Shown here: piece after piece, positions 50,301-60,000 of the stretch | Position numbering within the stretch: position 1 is the first letter of the stretch | How the letters are laid out: each line of letters starts with the position of its first letter | Source: Bradymonadia bacterium | GTDB taxonomy: Bacteria > Myxococcota_A > Bradymonadia > UBA7976 > UBA1532 | Assembly (NCBI GenBank): GCA_046290225.1 | Contig: JBKAGE010000043.1 | Location: forward strand, 39,003 to 103,002 | DNA: 64,000 bases | Direction of reading: 5' to 3' | Notes under the pieces: model-generated | Told to the model about the DNA's origin: nothing | The model's database searches: none | Seen by the model: the letters and a program-made list of their open reading frames with translations, nothing else | Made by a program: the position numbers and the translations under genes

Positions 50301-50366
50301 CGTCGAATGGAGCAGCGTCAGGCTCTGCTCGAGAGCCAGCAGGTGGAGGCGCCTCGCCGCAGGTGA
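47331..50366 (+). CDS. Large lipoprotein with one CxxCH heme motif (DUF1549/DUF1553/DUF1585-like partner of DUF1501), Cys-rich region and ankyrin repeats
   Basis: ATGA overlap with the DUF1501 gene; lipobox ASAC; CLQCH (47976-47990); VENIWAQIMG, WSLKKVVRAIVLS; GRTPLMFAAINGDLATVQALVRAGA ankyrin repeat. Confidence 0.72.
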   Translation: MKHPKMRASLLSAFAVVIASACIPQPPFDDAGDRAFVVQVVSELLGRRLESRAEEETLLKIVEIVGRGPLVDALMDTDDFTEHWGVLMLDHLQVQRSGERAAVRECFGEARRKGSDGQIAFDDGELAHFVSTHNAEEHPFGEALDEIPDWAEAAAADWNMRDLIYSSIRADNLAPIYEAYLYPLVTRTGHEIQPGEEAVVVGSAMANIYLNREVGCLQCHNDAFNVTPPDRFFPLRPGLDEAIWGSATGPELPTTAAFDQAPGGGFVAFHQKILGGPLKPWNINPWCASGNNYAPSTPGFLPPEQAPSYEGELSHFQSANFAGITGHQASIHDVARAFSAGVSGLEADDSPLKVEGVPLSGPEALAYMTAATVVENIWAQIMGERLTVAHRFARTSEQMMLHVSLLEGEFLPHRWSLKKVVRAIVLSQWFNRQSPAHGDAGLGSPHHLPTVLDPWSKLLDLVDLPDGVDENDPKLHFNSQGAIVHRRHPMTLLRSISEALLWPTTEVFAKEDALTGPFGSGRFAHEVGQYLSDYEPGTTGVTFQGLLAWERELGSCAKPEAMGDAPDWIDHLVTQAEGDGLQPSVRDAVKALKYRLISDSCIDSAVGEGGDVSEEALIEAILGVDDLDGELNTLGGSVAASTKLRQLCGVFLESPQFMLAGLPPAPTCDTPPGVEVCVEPPCTVKDHCEHYRALLKLHGVHIMCGPQGPVPDPWNGEGPSEVTELCPADTCALVEDFSKDCGPMSTATCETEKLAGCNPSCITQGCCGQIEHFELPEQMPPLPRPAVFLANGEGAIVELAEGVLIRPVRARAFGPLRPGTRLNAGDRLIIRNGARLEVRGERFRMSTHGALPSRVQPYIAPLEQSLFEAVSRRDARATERLIAGGAWLDVFDTEGRTPLMFAAINGDLATVQALVRAGANTGQRDPHRISALGYAHLYRQRRVFEWLSRYASVSLTRAESSLRALPPPVEQSWHMVITGPSAWVDARDFVRRMEQRQALLESQQVEAPRRR

Positions 50367-50444
50367 GGGGCGGGGCCATCTTGCCCAAAAACCCCAATGA
50401 AGCTACCGTGCCTCGGCGATCACAGCCCTGGGAGCTCAGCCTCA

Positions 50445-51293
50445 GTGAACCCCACCCAGCACAAGGCCGCGGTGCTCGTCGAGGCCCTACCGTACATTCA
50501 GCGGTTTCAGGGATCAGTCTTCGTCATCAAATACGGCGGGCACGCCATGGTGGACCCCGAGGCCGCCCAGAACTTCGCCCGTGACGTGGTCCTGCTCGCT
50601 TCGATTGGCGTACGACCCGTCGTGGTGCACGGCGGTGGGCCGCAGATCAAGGCCACCCTCGCCGAGCTGGGCATCGAGAGCGAGTTCAAGGCCGGTATGC
50701 GGGTCACCGACGCCCGGACCATGGAGGTGGTCCGCATGGTGCTCGTGGGCAAGGTCAACCAGGAGATCGTCTCCATGATGAACCAGGCCGGAGGGCGCGC
50801 AGTAGGGCTCTCGGGGGCCGATGGCAACCTGCTCGTGGGCCGCAAGACCACCGTTGATGGTGAAGACGTCGGTCGGGTGGGCCTCATCGAGCGTGTCGAT
50901 GACGGCGAGTTGAACTTCCTCACGCGGGGTGGATTCATCCCCGTCATCGCCCCTGTGGCCGTCGATGGCCAGGGCCAGCCGCTCAACATCAACGCCGATC
51001 TCGCCGCTGGGGCTGTAGCGGCCCACATCAAGGCCCGTAAGCTTCTGTTGATGACCGACGTCTCCGGCGTGAAAGATCAGAGCGGCGAGACCATCACCCA
51101 TCTGCGCCAGGCCCAGGTGGCTGGTCTCATCGCCGACGGCACCGCCAAGGGGGGCATGATCCCCAAGCTCAAGGCCAGCCTCACCGCCCTCGAAGGCGGC
51201 GTGCGCAAGGTGCACATCGTCGATGGCAGGGTGCTGCACGCCTTGCTGCTCGAAATCTTCACCGATGGGGGCGTCGGCACCGAGATCGTGTAG
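50445..51293 (+). CDS. argB: Acetylglutamate kinase
   Basis: LVEALPYIQRF..FVIKYGG.AM, VVHGGGPQI, NINAD, GGMIPK, EIFTD.G.GT. GTG start inferred. Confidence 0.96.
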   Translation: MNPTQHKAAVLVEALPYIQRFQGSVFVIKYGGHAMVDPEAAQNFARDVVLLASIGVRPVVVHGGGPQIKATLAELGIESEFKAGMRVTDARTMEVVRMVLVGKVNQEIVSMMNQAGGRAVGLSGADGNLLVGRKTTVDGEDVGRVGLIERVDDGELNFLTRGGFIPVIAPVAVDGQGQPLNINADLAAGAVAAHIKARKLLLMTDVSGVKDQSGETITHLRQAQVAGLIADGTAKGGMIPKLKASLTALEGGVRKVHIVDGRVLHALLLEIFTDGGVGTEIV

Positions 51294-51358
51294 TGGACAT
51301 GCAACACGTGCCATCATGTCGATCGAACCTCATCCACCCACACCCATCACGGTGAACG

Positions 51359-51919
51359 TTGTCCAGTCTGCTCATCACCGCCGGCTCTGCCTTCCTCGTC
51401 GTCATCGCCTATTTGCTGTGGCGTTTCTGGCCCCTGATCCTCGGCGTAGCCCGAAAGGGTGACTCCTCGAGCAAGCGGCTGCAGCGCTGGAACAGCTATG
51501 TGGTGCCGTTCCTGCCCAAACTGATGGAGATGGACATCGCCATCGGCACCGGCGGCACGTTCACGAACGGCCACACTGGTGAAGAGCACTCCATCGCCAC
51601 ATGGTCCCTCACGCCAACGTTGCTGCCCGACGTCGAGTATCTCGCCCTGGCTCGCCCTGATGGCGACACCATCGAGATCAAGGCCATCGGCAGCGCCCGG
51701 GCGATCAGGGCCATCATCGAAGATTCTGTTGTGGAGCGGGTGCTCTGGGGGCACCGCACCTTCCTGTATGTATGGCCGCGAGAGATCGACCTCGACGAGT
51801 TCGCTCAGCAGCTGCACACCGTCGAGGGCTTCAAGGCCGAGCAGGGCCTCGAGCTCGACGCCTCTCTCGACATGCCCCCAGCCTCCGCCCCCGAGCCTGA
51901 TTCACCGGAGAAGTCATGA
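51359..51919 (+). CDS. Hypothetical single-pass membrane protein
   Basis: N-terminal hydrophobic helix, GC-biased codons, stop overlaps the argD start (ATGA). Confidence 0.65.
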   Translation: MSSLLITAGSAFLVVIAYLLWRFWPLILGVARKGDSSSKRLQRWNSYVVPFLPKLMEMDIAIGTGGTFTNGHTGEEHSIATWSLTPTLLPDVEYLALARPDGDTIEIKAIGSARAIRAIIEDSVVERVLWGHRTFLYVWPREIDLDEFAQQLHTVEGFKAEQGLELDASLDMPPASAPEPDSPEKS

Positions 51920-53136
51920 TTCAGATCGAAGAGCCGATCACGACCCGCATTGCCCGGGCCAAGCAGATCCTCACCCCCAACTACCGCCCCGCAGAGGTGA
52001 TCTTCATCCAGGGTGAGGGGGTGCACCTCATCGACAAGGACACCAAGAAGTACCTCGACTTCGCCGCGGGCATCGCTGTGAACGCTTTGGGCTACAACCA
52101 CCCGGCGCTCACCACCGCCATCGCTGAGCAGGCTCGGTCGCTGCTGCACGTGAGCAACCTCTTCGTGAACGAGCCCCAGCTCGAGCTCGTGGAGAAGCTC
52201 CTCGACATCAGCTTTGGCGACAAGGTGTTCCTGTGCAACAGCGGCGCCGAGGCCAACGAGGCGGCGTTGAAGCTCGCCCGGCGCTACATGCAGAAGGTCC
52301 GCGGTGAGAAGCGCTACAAGTTCATCTGCACCCACGGCGGCTTCCACGGGCGCTCCTTCGGTGCCCTGAGTGCTACGGGCAACCCCAAGTACCACGATGG
52401 CTTCGAGCCCATGCTCCCAGGCTTCGTGCATGTGCCCTTCGATGATCTCGATGCCATGGCCGGGGCCATCGACGATGAGACCTGCGCCATCTTCGTAGAG
52501 CCGGTGCAGGGTGAGGGGGGTCTGCGGGTACCTGATCCGGGCTACCTGCCTGGTCTGCGGAAGATCTGCGACGACGCCGGCATCTTGCTGATCCTCGACG
52601 AGGTGCAGTCGGGCATCGGCCGTACTGGCAAATGGTTCGGTTACCAGCACTCCGAGGGGGTGGCACCGGACATCATCAGCGTGGCCAAGGGCCTCGGCGG
52701 TGGGGTGCCCATCGGCGGCATCATCTGCAACAACACCGTGGCCGAGGGGTTCCAGCCCGGGACCCATATGACCACCTTCGGCGGCAACCCACTGGCGTGC
52801 CGTGCGGCCCTCACCGTGCTCAAGGTCATCGAGCAGGAAGGCCTGCTCGATCATGTGGAGCGCATGGGCCACTACCTCATCGAGAGCCTTCAGGCGCTCT
52901 CGGAGAAGCACGAGGTGGTGCACGGCGCTCGAGGCCAGGGCCTCTGGGCGGGGCTCGTCGTCGATCCCGAGCGCATCGATCGGCCCACCTTCCGCAAGAT
53001 CGCCTTGGAGAAGGGTTTGATCCTGACCCAGGCAGGCAAGGACACCCTGCGTTTCTCGCCGCCTCTCATCGTCGGCCGCTCTCACATCGATGCTGCTGTG
53101 GAGATTGTGGACGCTGTGCTCGGAGAGATGGCGTGA
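51916..53136 (+). CDS. argD: Acetylornithine aminotransferase
   Basis: YLDFAAGIAVNALG, CNSGAEANEAA, FHGR, EPVQGEGG, DEVQSGIGRTG, AKGLGGG, TFGGNP. Confidence 0.95.
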   Translation: MIQIEEPITTRIARAKQILTPNYRPAEVIFIQGEGVHLIDKDTKKYLDFAAGIAVNALGYNHPALTTAIAEQARSLLHVSNLFVNEPQLELVEKLLDISFGDKVFLCNSGAEANEAALKLARRYMQKVRGEKRYKFICTHGGFHGRSFGALSATGNPKYHDGFEPMLPGFVHVPFDDLDAMAGAIDDETCAIFVEPVQGEGGLRVPDPGYLPGLRKICDDAGILLILDEVQSGIGRTGKWFGYQHSEGVAPDIISVAKGLGGGVPIGGIICNNTVAEGFQPGTHMTTFGGNPLACRAALTVLKVIEQEGLLDHVERMGHYLIESLQALSEKHEVVHGARGQGLWAGLVVDPERIDRPTFRKIALEKGLILTQAGKDTLRFSPPLIVGRSHIDAAVEIVDAVLGEMA

Positions 53137-54059
53137 GCAAACGGGATCTGCTGACCCTCGCGGCGCTCACCGAAGAAGAGCTGCTTGGACTCATCGAGCG
53201 CGCCCAGGCCCTCAAGGCCATGCGCAAGGCCGGGGGCCACACCTACTCTCTGAGAGGCCGGGCCCTGGCCATGGTCTTCGAGAAGGCCAGCACGCGGACC
53301 CGGGTCAGCTTCGAGGTGGGCATGAACCAGCTCGGAGGCCACGCCGTGGTCATGGCTCGCCGCGACATCCAAATCGGCCGAGGAGAGACCATCGCCGACA
53401 CCGCCAAGGTGCTCAGCCGGTATGTTGACGGCATCATGATGCGCACCCACGCTCACGAGGTGCTCACCGAGCTGGCCACCCACGCCGACGTGCCGGTCAT
53501 CAACGGGCTCACCGATCTGGCGCATCCGTGTCAGGTGCTCGCGGATCTGCTCACCTGCAGCGAGGTCTTCGGCGATCTGCGTCCGCTGAAGGTGGCCTAC
53601 GTGGGCGACGGCAACAACATGGCTCACTCGTGGATCAACGCCGCTCGGGTGTTGGGCTTCGAGCTCAACCTGGCCTGCCCCGAGGGCTACGATCCTGATC
53701 GGGCCGTGCTCCACGAGGCCCTCAAGGATGACGCGAAGATCAAGGTGGTGCGAGATCCCGTCGAGGCCACCGAGGGGGTGCACGTGGTGAACACCGACGT
53801 GTTCACCAGCATGGGGCAGGAAGAAGAGACCGAGACCCGTAACTCGGCCTTCCAGGGCTACCAGGTCAACGATGCGGTGATGGCAGTGGCCCGTCCAGAG
53901 GCCATCTTCCTCCACTGTCTGCCGGCCCACCGCGGCGAGGAGGTCACGGCCTCGGTCATCGACGGCCCTCAGTCGAGGGTGTTCGACCAGGCCGAGAATC
54001 GCCTGCACGCACAAAAAGCTGTCTTGGACTGGTTGATGGGCGGTCACGCCATCGCGTGA
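53133..54059 (+). CDS. argF: Ornithine carbamoyltransferase
   Basis: GTG overlapping the argD stop; FEKASTRTRVSFE, HPCQ, GDGNNM, HCLPAHRGEE, QAENRLH. Confidence 0.96.
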   Translation: MSKRDLLTLAALTEEELLGLIERAQALKAMRKAGGHTYSLRGRALAMVFEKASTRTRVSFEVGMNQLGGHAVVMARRDIQIGRGETIADTAKVLSRYVDGIMMRTHAHEVLTELATHADVPVINGLTDLAHPCQVLADLLTCSEVFGDLRPLKVAYVGDGNNMAHSWINAARVLGFELNLACPEGYDPDRAVLHEALKDDAKIKVVRDPVEATEGVHVVNTDVFTSMGQEEETETRNSAFQGYQVNDAVMAVARPEAIFLHCLPAHRGEEVTASVIDGPQSRVFDQAENRLHAQKAVLDWLMGGHAIA

Positions 54060-54096
54060 GCCCGGGGCAGGGGATCGACGCCGTCGAGGGGCGTGA

Positions 54097-56862
54097 TCAG
54101 GCGGGGATGACCTCGCTCTCCTGCTCTGCCTCTTTCTCGAGACTCACAGGATCGTCTGACTGCTCGACCTTTGGCGGATCGTCTTCGGGATCATCATAGA
54201 GATCATTCCGGCCTTGTCCGATCAGATCGAACAGCATGAGCAGCACGCCGACGAGCATCAACATCGACTCGAATGTGTATTGCTCGTCGTACCAGCCCAC
54301 GTTCAAGAAGATGATCTGCCCCACCACCGCCGTGGAGATATAGGCCGCCAGTCTGAGCGGCGATCTGCCCACCAGCGGTGCGAACAGAATCATGAACACA
54401 TAATAGTAGCTCGTGAGTTCGAATATCCCGAGCACCATGATGGCGCTCGCCGAGGCCACCACCCAGTCTTCCTTGAACCGCTGGCTGATGATGGCCAGCA
54501 AGCCCACGAAGAGCCCCAGCAGGCCGATGTAGATGCCACGACGCCACCAGAGCTTGCGGGTCTTGATGCGCTCCACCTTCCAGACCTTCCAGGGGTCTTG
54601 CAGGTTGCCCTTGCGCAGCTCCCGGCCCACCTTGTCGGGGTGGTACGACATGATGGTGGGCAGACCCATGTGGTTGGTCAGCGGCGTGGCCACGTGCTTC
54701 TGGGAGTTCTCCCAGAATTCTTTGTACGATCCGAGGCCGTCGTTGCTCGGCAGGCTCAGGGTGACCAGCACGGCGATGGCGGCGAAGGTGCCCGTGATCA
54801 ACCGCTGATGCTTGGGCTGGATACGATCGATGAGGCCCTTGAGGGGCCCCATGAACGCAGCCACCTTCGACAGGGGGCGCCCGGGCTGGTTCTGCTCGGC
54901 GGCGATGGTCTCTGCGTCGCGACCACGGATCATGTCGATGAGGATCTTCACGGCGAGGCCGACGATGAGCCCGCCAGGGAAGGCTCTGAGCAAGAGTGAC
55001 CACATCAAGAAGAAGCCGCCGACAAAGTGCTTCTTCTTCTTCAAGAAGCAGATGCCCGCCACCGCGGTGAACAGCCAGGGGATGCGCATATACGCCCCCC
55101 CGGTCCAGAAGTAGGCCCAGGGGTAGCCTGCCCCCCAACACAGCGCCGCCACGGCCATGACCCGCCAGCCGAAGGCCCAGCCGAAGAGGATGAACACCGC
55201 GGCGTACAACAGGCCATCGATGAGGGCCAGGCGTTGGATCATGACGTCCATCGCCGTGTTGCGCTCTTTGGTCAGGCTGTTGAACTCCCGGAACTCCTTG
55301 CCCGGTAGCTTGCCATTCGCAGCGAGTTTTTTACTCAGCTCGAGCAGCCTGGGCTCGATGGGGACATGGGCGATGTCGGCAAAGAGCTTGCCGGTCATCG
55401 TCCAGACCGGGCTGGCGTTGTAGCCGTGATCACCGAAGATCTTGTCCCAGTACTTCGACCCCATGTTGCCGCGGAAGTAGCGCAGGTCGGCCTTGAACAT
55501 CTCCCAGCGTTCATTCGAGGTGAAGGCCTCGGTGCAGATCTCCGGGCGGGTGGTCACCCGCTCGCTGGGCCCGAGAGAGTTGTCCACGAGATCGCGGATC
55601 TTGCGCTTCTTCACCTGGGCCTTGCGGCCGTCTTCGAGCTCGGCGATGGCGGCGCAGTGGTACAGCTTAGTGTACCGGTTCTCGGGGAAGTACTTGGCGC
55701 CCATGTAGTAGTGGAAGGTGTCGTGCATGTGCACGGCGCGCCAGCCGTGGAAGGTCCAGAAGTTGGTCCAGGCGAGGGTGGCCATCACCGTGAGCACGCC
55801 CATCAGGATCGGGCGCTGCAGCCGATCGAAGGTCGGCCGATGGAACTTGCGACCTGTGGAGAGCCAGAGGCCCAGCATGGCGATGATGCCCAGGGCGGCG
55901 GCGATGAGGGGCCAGGGCAGCTCGTCGTTGCGATCTTCTGCGTGGTAGGTGAACCACAGGGCCACGCCGGTGGCCAGAGTGATGCCGATCTCGAACCACG
56001 GGGACAACTGGTTCTTGAGCAACAACGCCCCCGCCAGATAGACCACCCCGAGCCAGGCCGCGACACTCAGCGGCCACAGCATGAAGGCTTTGGGATCGGG
56101 CCCTTCGATCATGAAGAACAGGCTGACGAAGACGATGACGCCGAGGACCCCCTCGACGAAGGGGGCGAGGTTGCCCAGAGGTCCGTCGCCCTTCTTGCGG
56201 ACCGAGAAGCTGATCAACAGCATGAAGAAGCCGAGCACCCCGATGCCGGCCTTCCACTTCGCCAGCCGCCGCAGCCGCAGCTTGCCGGGATCAGCCTTGG
56301 CCTTGCCCTTCTTGCGCTCGAGGGCTGGGGGCCACTGCGCTGGGGTCTTACAGAAGACCTGCATCTCGCCGATGCTGTACGACTTGTCGCCGCCGCTGGC
56401 CTTCACCCGCAGGTAGCGCCCCTCACCGAGCAGATCCTTCGCCGAGCGGGTGCGCATGCCCGCCTGGGGAACGGGCTGGGCTGCCCAGAGGGTCTGCCAG
56501 GTGTCACCGTCGTTGGAGACCTCGATGGTGTAGACGTCGTTGTTGTCCGCCTGCACCAGGGCTGCGGTGAATTGCGTCACGGCCCCGAGATCGTAGGTGA
56601 CCTCCGACTTCGCGTTGTTGAGGATGGCGCTCAGCTGGGTGTTCCAGGGATCCCCCTCGTTGCTGGCCACGCCATCAGCGATGCGCTGAGTGGAGCTGGC
56701 CCGAGACGACTTCGCCTTGATGTCTTTGAGTACATTGCCTTCAGGGCAAGCCTGAGCACCAGCAGGGGACCACTGCAGACAGAGCAGCATCAGACACATC
56801 GCCGTCGCCCAGAGGCGGCGACTGATCATGAAAGGTGTGCGCGCGGTGGCGGGGTGATTCAT
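54097..56862 (-). CDS. Polytopic membrane protein with N-terminal discoidin (F5/8 type C) domain and GT-C (GT87-like) glycosyltransferase-type body
   Basis: Signal peptide AQA|C; VTYDLG...YTIEVSNDG..W...GRYLRV..YSIGEMQVF; more than 10 hydrophobic segments; HDTFHYYMG, DHGYNASPVW. ATG 56862 with GGAG RBS. Confidence 0.65.
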   Translation of the reverse strand: MNHPATARTPFMISRRLWATAMCLMLLCLQWSPAGAQACPEGNVLKDIKAKSSRASSTQRIADGVASNEGDPWNTQLSAILNNAKSEVTYDLGAVTQFTAALVQADNNDVYTIEVSNDGDTWQTLWAAQPVPQAGMRTRSAKDLLGEGRYLRVKASGGDKSYSIGEMQVFCKTPAQWPPALERKKGKAKADPGKLRLRRLAKWKAGIGVLGFFMLLISFSVRKKGDGPLGNLAPFVEGVLGVIVFVSLFFMIEGPDPKAFMLWPLSVAAWLGVVYLAGALLLKNQLSPWFEIGITLATGVALWFTYHAEDRNDELPWPLIAAALGIIAMLGLWLSTGRKFHRPTFDRLQRPILMGVLTVMATLAWTNFWTFHGWRAVHMHDTFHYYMGAKYFPENRYTKLYHCAAIAELEDGRKAQVKKRKIRDLVDNSLGPSERVTTRPEICTEAFTSNERWEMFKADLRYFRGNMGSKYWDKIFGDHGYNASPVWTMTGKLFADIAHVPIEPRLLELSKKLAANGKLPGKEFREFNSLTKERNTAMDVMIQRLALIDGLLYAAVFILFGWAFGWRVMAVAALCWGAGYPWAYFWTGGAYMRIPWLFTAVAGICFLKKKKHFVGGFFLMWSLLLRAFPGGLIVGLAVKILIDMIRGRDAETIAAEQNQPGRPLSKVAAFMGPLKGLIDRIQPKHQRLITGTFAAIAVLVTLSLPSNDGLGSYKEFWENSQKHVATPLTNHMGLPTIMSYHPDKVGRELRKGNLQDPWKVWKVERIKTRKLWWRRGIYIGLLGLFVGLLAIISQRFKEDWVVASASAIMVLGIFELTSYYYVFMILFAPLVGRSPLRLAAYISTAVVGQIIFLNVGWYDEQYTFESMLMLVGVLLMLFDLIGQGRNDLYDDPEDDPPKVEQSDDPVSLEKEAEQESEVIPA

Positions 56863-57049
56863 CGGGGCTCCCCAGGGGTAGGCAGTCACTTGGACGAAGC
56901 AGGCACTTGGGCGAAACGGGCGGCAGACTCTACGTAATCCGAGGGTCAGATGCAATTGAAGCTGCTGCCGCAGAGCGTGGGGGGAGGATGGTGGGGATCA
57001 AGGCCGCCTCCAAGGCGCTGGAACGGCCCCTGAGATCGCTTCGAGGGTG

Positions 57050-60000
57050 CTACTGGATGTTGGAGTAGTCAGCGACGTCTTCGTCGATCTCCACACCATC
57101 ACCAATGGTCACCTGACCGTGGCGATTGCCGATGTTGCGCGGGGTGTCGGGGGCGCCACTGTTGCGGATGACGACGTTGGCGCCGATGTCGGCCGAGTAG
57201 TAAATGATGGTGTAGTCCTCGATGACAGTGCCATCGCCGATGGTGGTTCGCCCGAGGATGATGCAGTCCTGGCCGATGGTGACGTTGGCCCCAATGGTGC
57301 TCCGGGAATACACGCGGGTGCGGGCACCGATGTTGGAGCCGTCACCCACGAGCGTGCCGTTGTCGATCTGGGCTTCGTCGCCGAGGGTGACATTGTTGCC
57401 GACTGTAGCCCGGTAGTTGAGGGTGACGTTGTTGCCGAAGTTGGCGTTGTCGCCCACCGTCACCCGTGAGCCTGTTGTCAGGCCGTCACCAATGGTGCCG
57501 TTGGCGCCAATGACGTCCAAACTGCGCATCGACAGGTTGTTGCCGATTGTGGTGCCGGTGCCGATGGTGGTTCGACCGCGGACGTTGGCGTTGGTCCCGA
57601 TGGTCACGCCGTCTTCCACGACCCCGCCGATGTTGCTGTTGGCGCCGACGCTGATGTCATTGCCGAAGCGAGCACCGTAGCGAATGCTCGTGTTGTCGCC
57701 GAGGGCGACGTTGTCGCCAATCTCGACATAGTCGGCCACGGTGACACCGCTGCCGAAGTTGGCATCGTTGCCCACCTCGGAGTTGGCCCGGATCTGGGTG
57801 TTGTCACCGACCACCGAGTTGTCGCCCACGCTGCTGTTGGGCTGAATCTCGACGTTCTCGCCCACATCAGCGTTGGCGCCCACAGAGGATCCATTACCCA
57901 CCACGGCGCCAGCGCCCACACGGGCGTCATTGCCCACCTGAGCACCGAATCGAAGCTCCGCGGGGTTGTCGCCGCCCTCGATGACGGCGCGATCCCCGAT
58001 GTCGGCGTCCTGGCCGATCTGCACGCCATCACCGATCTGAACGTCGTTGCCCACGTTGACGAAGTCCCCGGCGTTGACACCATTGCCCACCTGGGCGTTT
58101 TCGCCGAGATCGAAGTCACGGCCCACGGCGACATCGTCACCGATCTGGGCATTGTTGCCGAGATCCACGGCGTTGCCGAAGTCGGCGTTGTCGCCGATCT
58201 CCACGTTGTCGCCGATGCGGCCGTCATTGCCGAGATCAGCGTTGGCGCCCACGGCCACACCCTCACCGACCTCGCCGCGGAGGCCGAAGTCTGCGGAAGG
58301 ATCGACGCAGGCGTCGCCATGGCCATCGCCGTTGTCGTCCACCTGGCCCGGGTTGGCGTGGCGGGGGCAGTTATCGACGTCACCACACACACCATCACCA
58401 TCGACGTCGTTGTTTGCGTCGAAGATGCAGGCGTCACAGGCGTCACCGAGGCCGTCACCGTCAGTGTCGGACTGGTCGAGGTTGGCGTCGTTGGGGCAGT
58501 TGTCCTCGACGTCGGGCACAAGGTCGCCGTCAGCGTCGGAGTCACACGTGATGGCGAAGGTGCCATCAGTGACGTCGCTGGCTTCACCACCGCCAGCATC
58601 GCGAGCGGTGAAGGTCACGAGGTAGTCGCCATCGTCGAAATCGCCGGGGTTGAAGTTGATGGAGCCGCCCACAGAAGAGCCGTCATCGGGGGTATCTACA
58701 TCGACGCGGCCAATCTCCTGACCACTCATGGTGGCGATGACGGTGACGATGTCACCCTCGGGATCACTGACGTTAAAGGTGGCCTGGGTCTGGCCGCAGA
58801 TGCGCAGGCCTGCCTCGGGACCGAGGGCCTCCACGGAAGGGGGCGGCTCGGTCTGCACCTGGATCAAGACCTGGGCGTCGGCGGTGAGGCCACCTTCGTC
58901 AGTGACCTGGACCCGGACAACCTGGGAGAGGCCAGGGGCCCAGTTGGGGTTGGTGTAGCCTTCGACAACAGGCCCATCAGCGTCGTCATACTGGCCGTCG
59001 CCGTCGAGATCCCACGCGTAGCTCACGATGCTGTCACAGGGCGCGTTGGCGTCGAAGGAGCCGCTGGCGTCGAGCCTGACGGGGACCGGGTTGTCGTTGA
59101 TGATCGCCGTCTGGTAGGGGCCCCCTGCATCGGCAGAAGGTGCAACGTTGTCCACGGAGAGCGTGACGGTGACGGTATCGATGTCAGTGTTACCCTGGGT
59201 GTCGGTCACCCGCAACGCCACGGTGTGAACGCCGGGGCTCGTGAACGTGTGCGAGGGGCTCTGGCCGATGAGATCGACATCGAAGCTGTTGCCGTCGTAG
59301 TCGAGGTCCCACTGGTAGCTGTTGATGCTGCGGCGGGGGTCCTGGTGGTAGGTGCCGGCAGAACTGAAGGTCACAGGCGTTTGGCAACCCACGTTTGCCT
59401 GGTCCACACCAGCATTGGCCACGGGCTCGGTGCCGTAGACCGTCAGCGTCGTGCTGATGAGATCGCTCACGCCCTGACCATCCACCACTGTGAGATTCAC
59501 GGTCATCTTGGGCTCCCCAGTAGAGGGGTTCGCCACCGCGAAGGCATCGAGGTTGGAGAGGGGGCCAAAGCCGTAGATCCCATTGGCGTTGGGGCCGGCG
59601 TATTCAGCCACCCCATCACCATCGAAGTCCCACTCATAGCGCGTGATGGTGTCGCCGCAGTTTCCATTGGGATCCGAGGACCCACTGCCGTCGTAGCTGA
59701 GGTCTTCGCCCACGTTGATCGTAAAGGGCCCGTTCGTTGCCGCCACGGGGGCCTGGTTGCCCCCGCGGACGATGACCGTGTACGTCGCGCTGTGGCTGCG
59801 ATCCGTGTCGTCGGTGACGGTGAGGGTCACTGTGTAGTCACCAAAAGCAGGGTACAAGAAGCTGCCTGAGGCCTGGGCCGAGTCGGCGACCCCGTCGCCG
59901 TCGAAGTCCCACTCATAGCGCGTGATGACACGGTCCGGGTGCTGATGGTAGCTCTCAGCGGCGCTGAAGTTCACAGGGGCACCACACCCCGCCTGCTCTC

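Noticed and set aside
57060..58300. LpxD/LpxA-type acyltransferase
   Set aside because: The hexapeptide run is far longer than in those enzymes and is the tail of a signal-peptide-bearing, PKD-rich protein; no catalytic context recognised.
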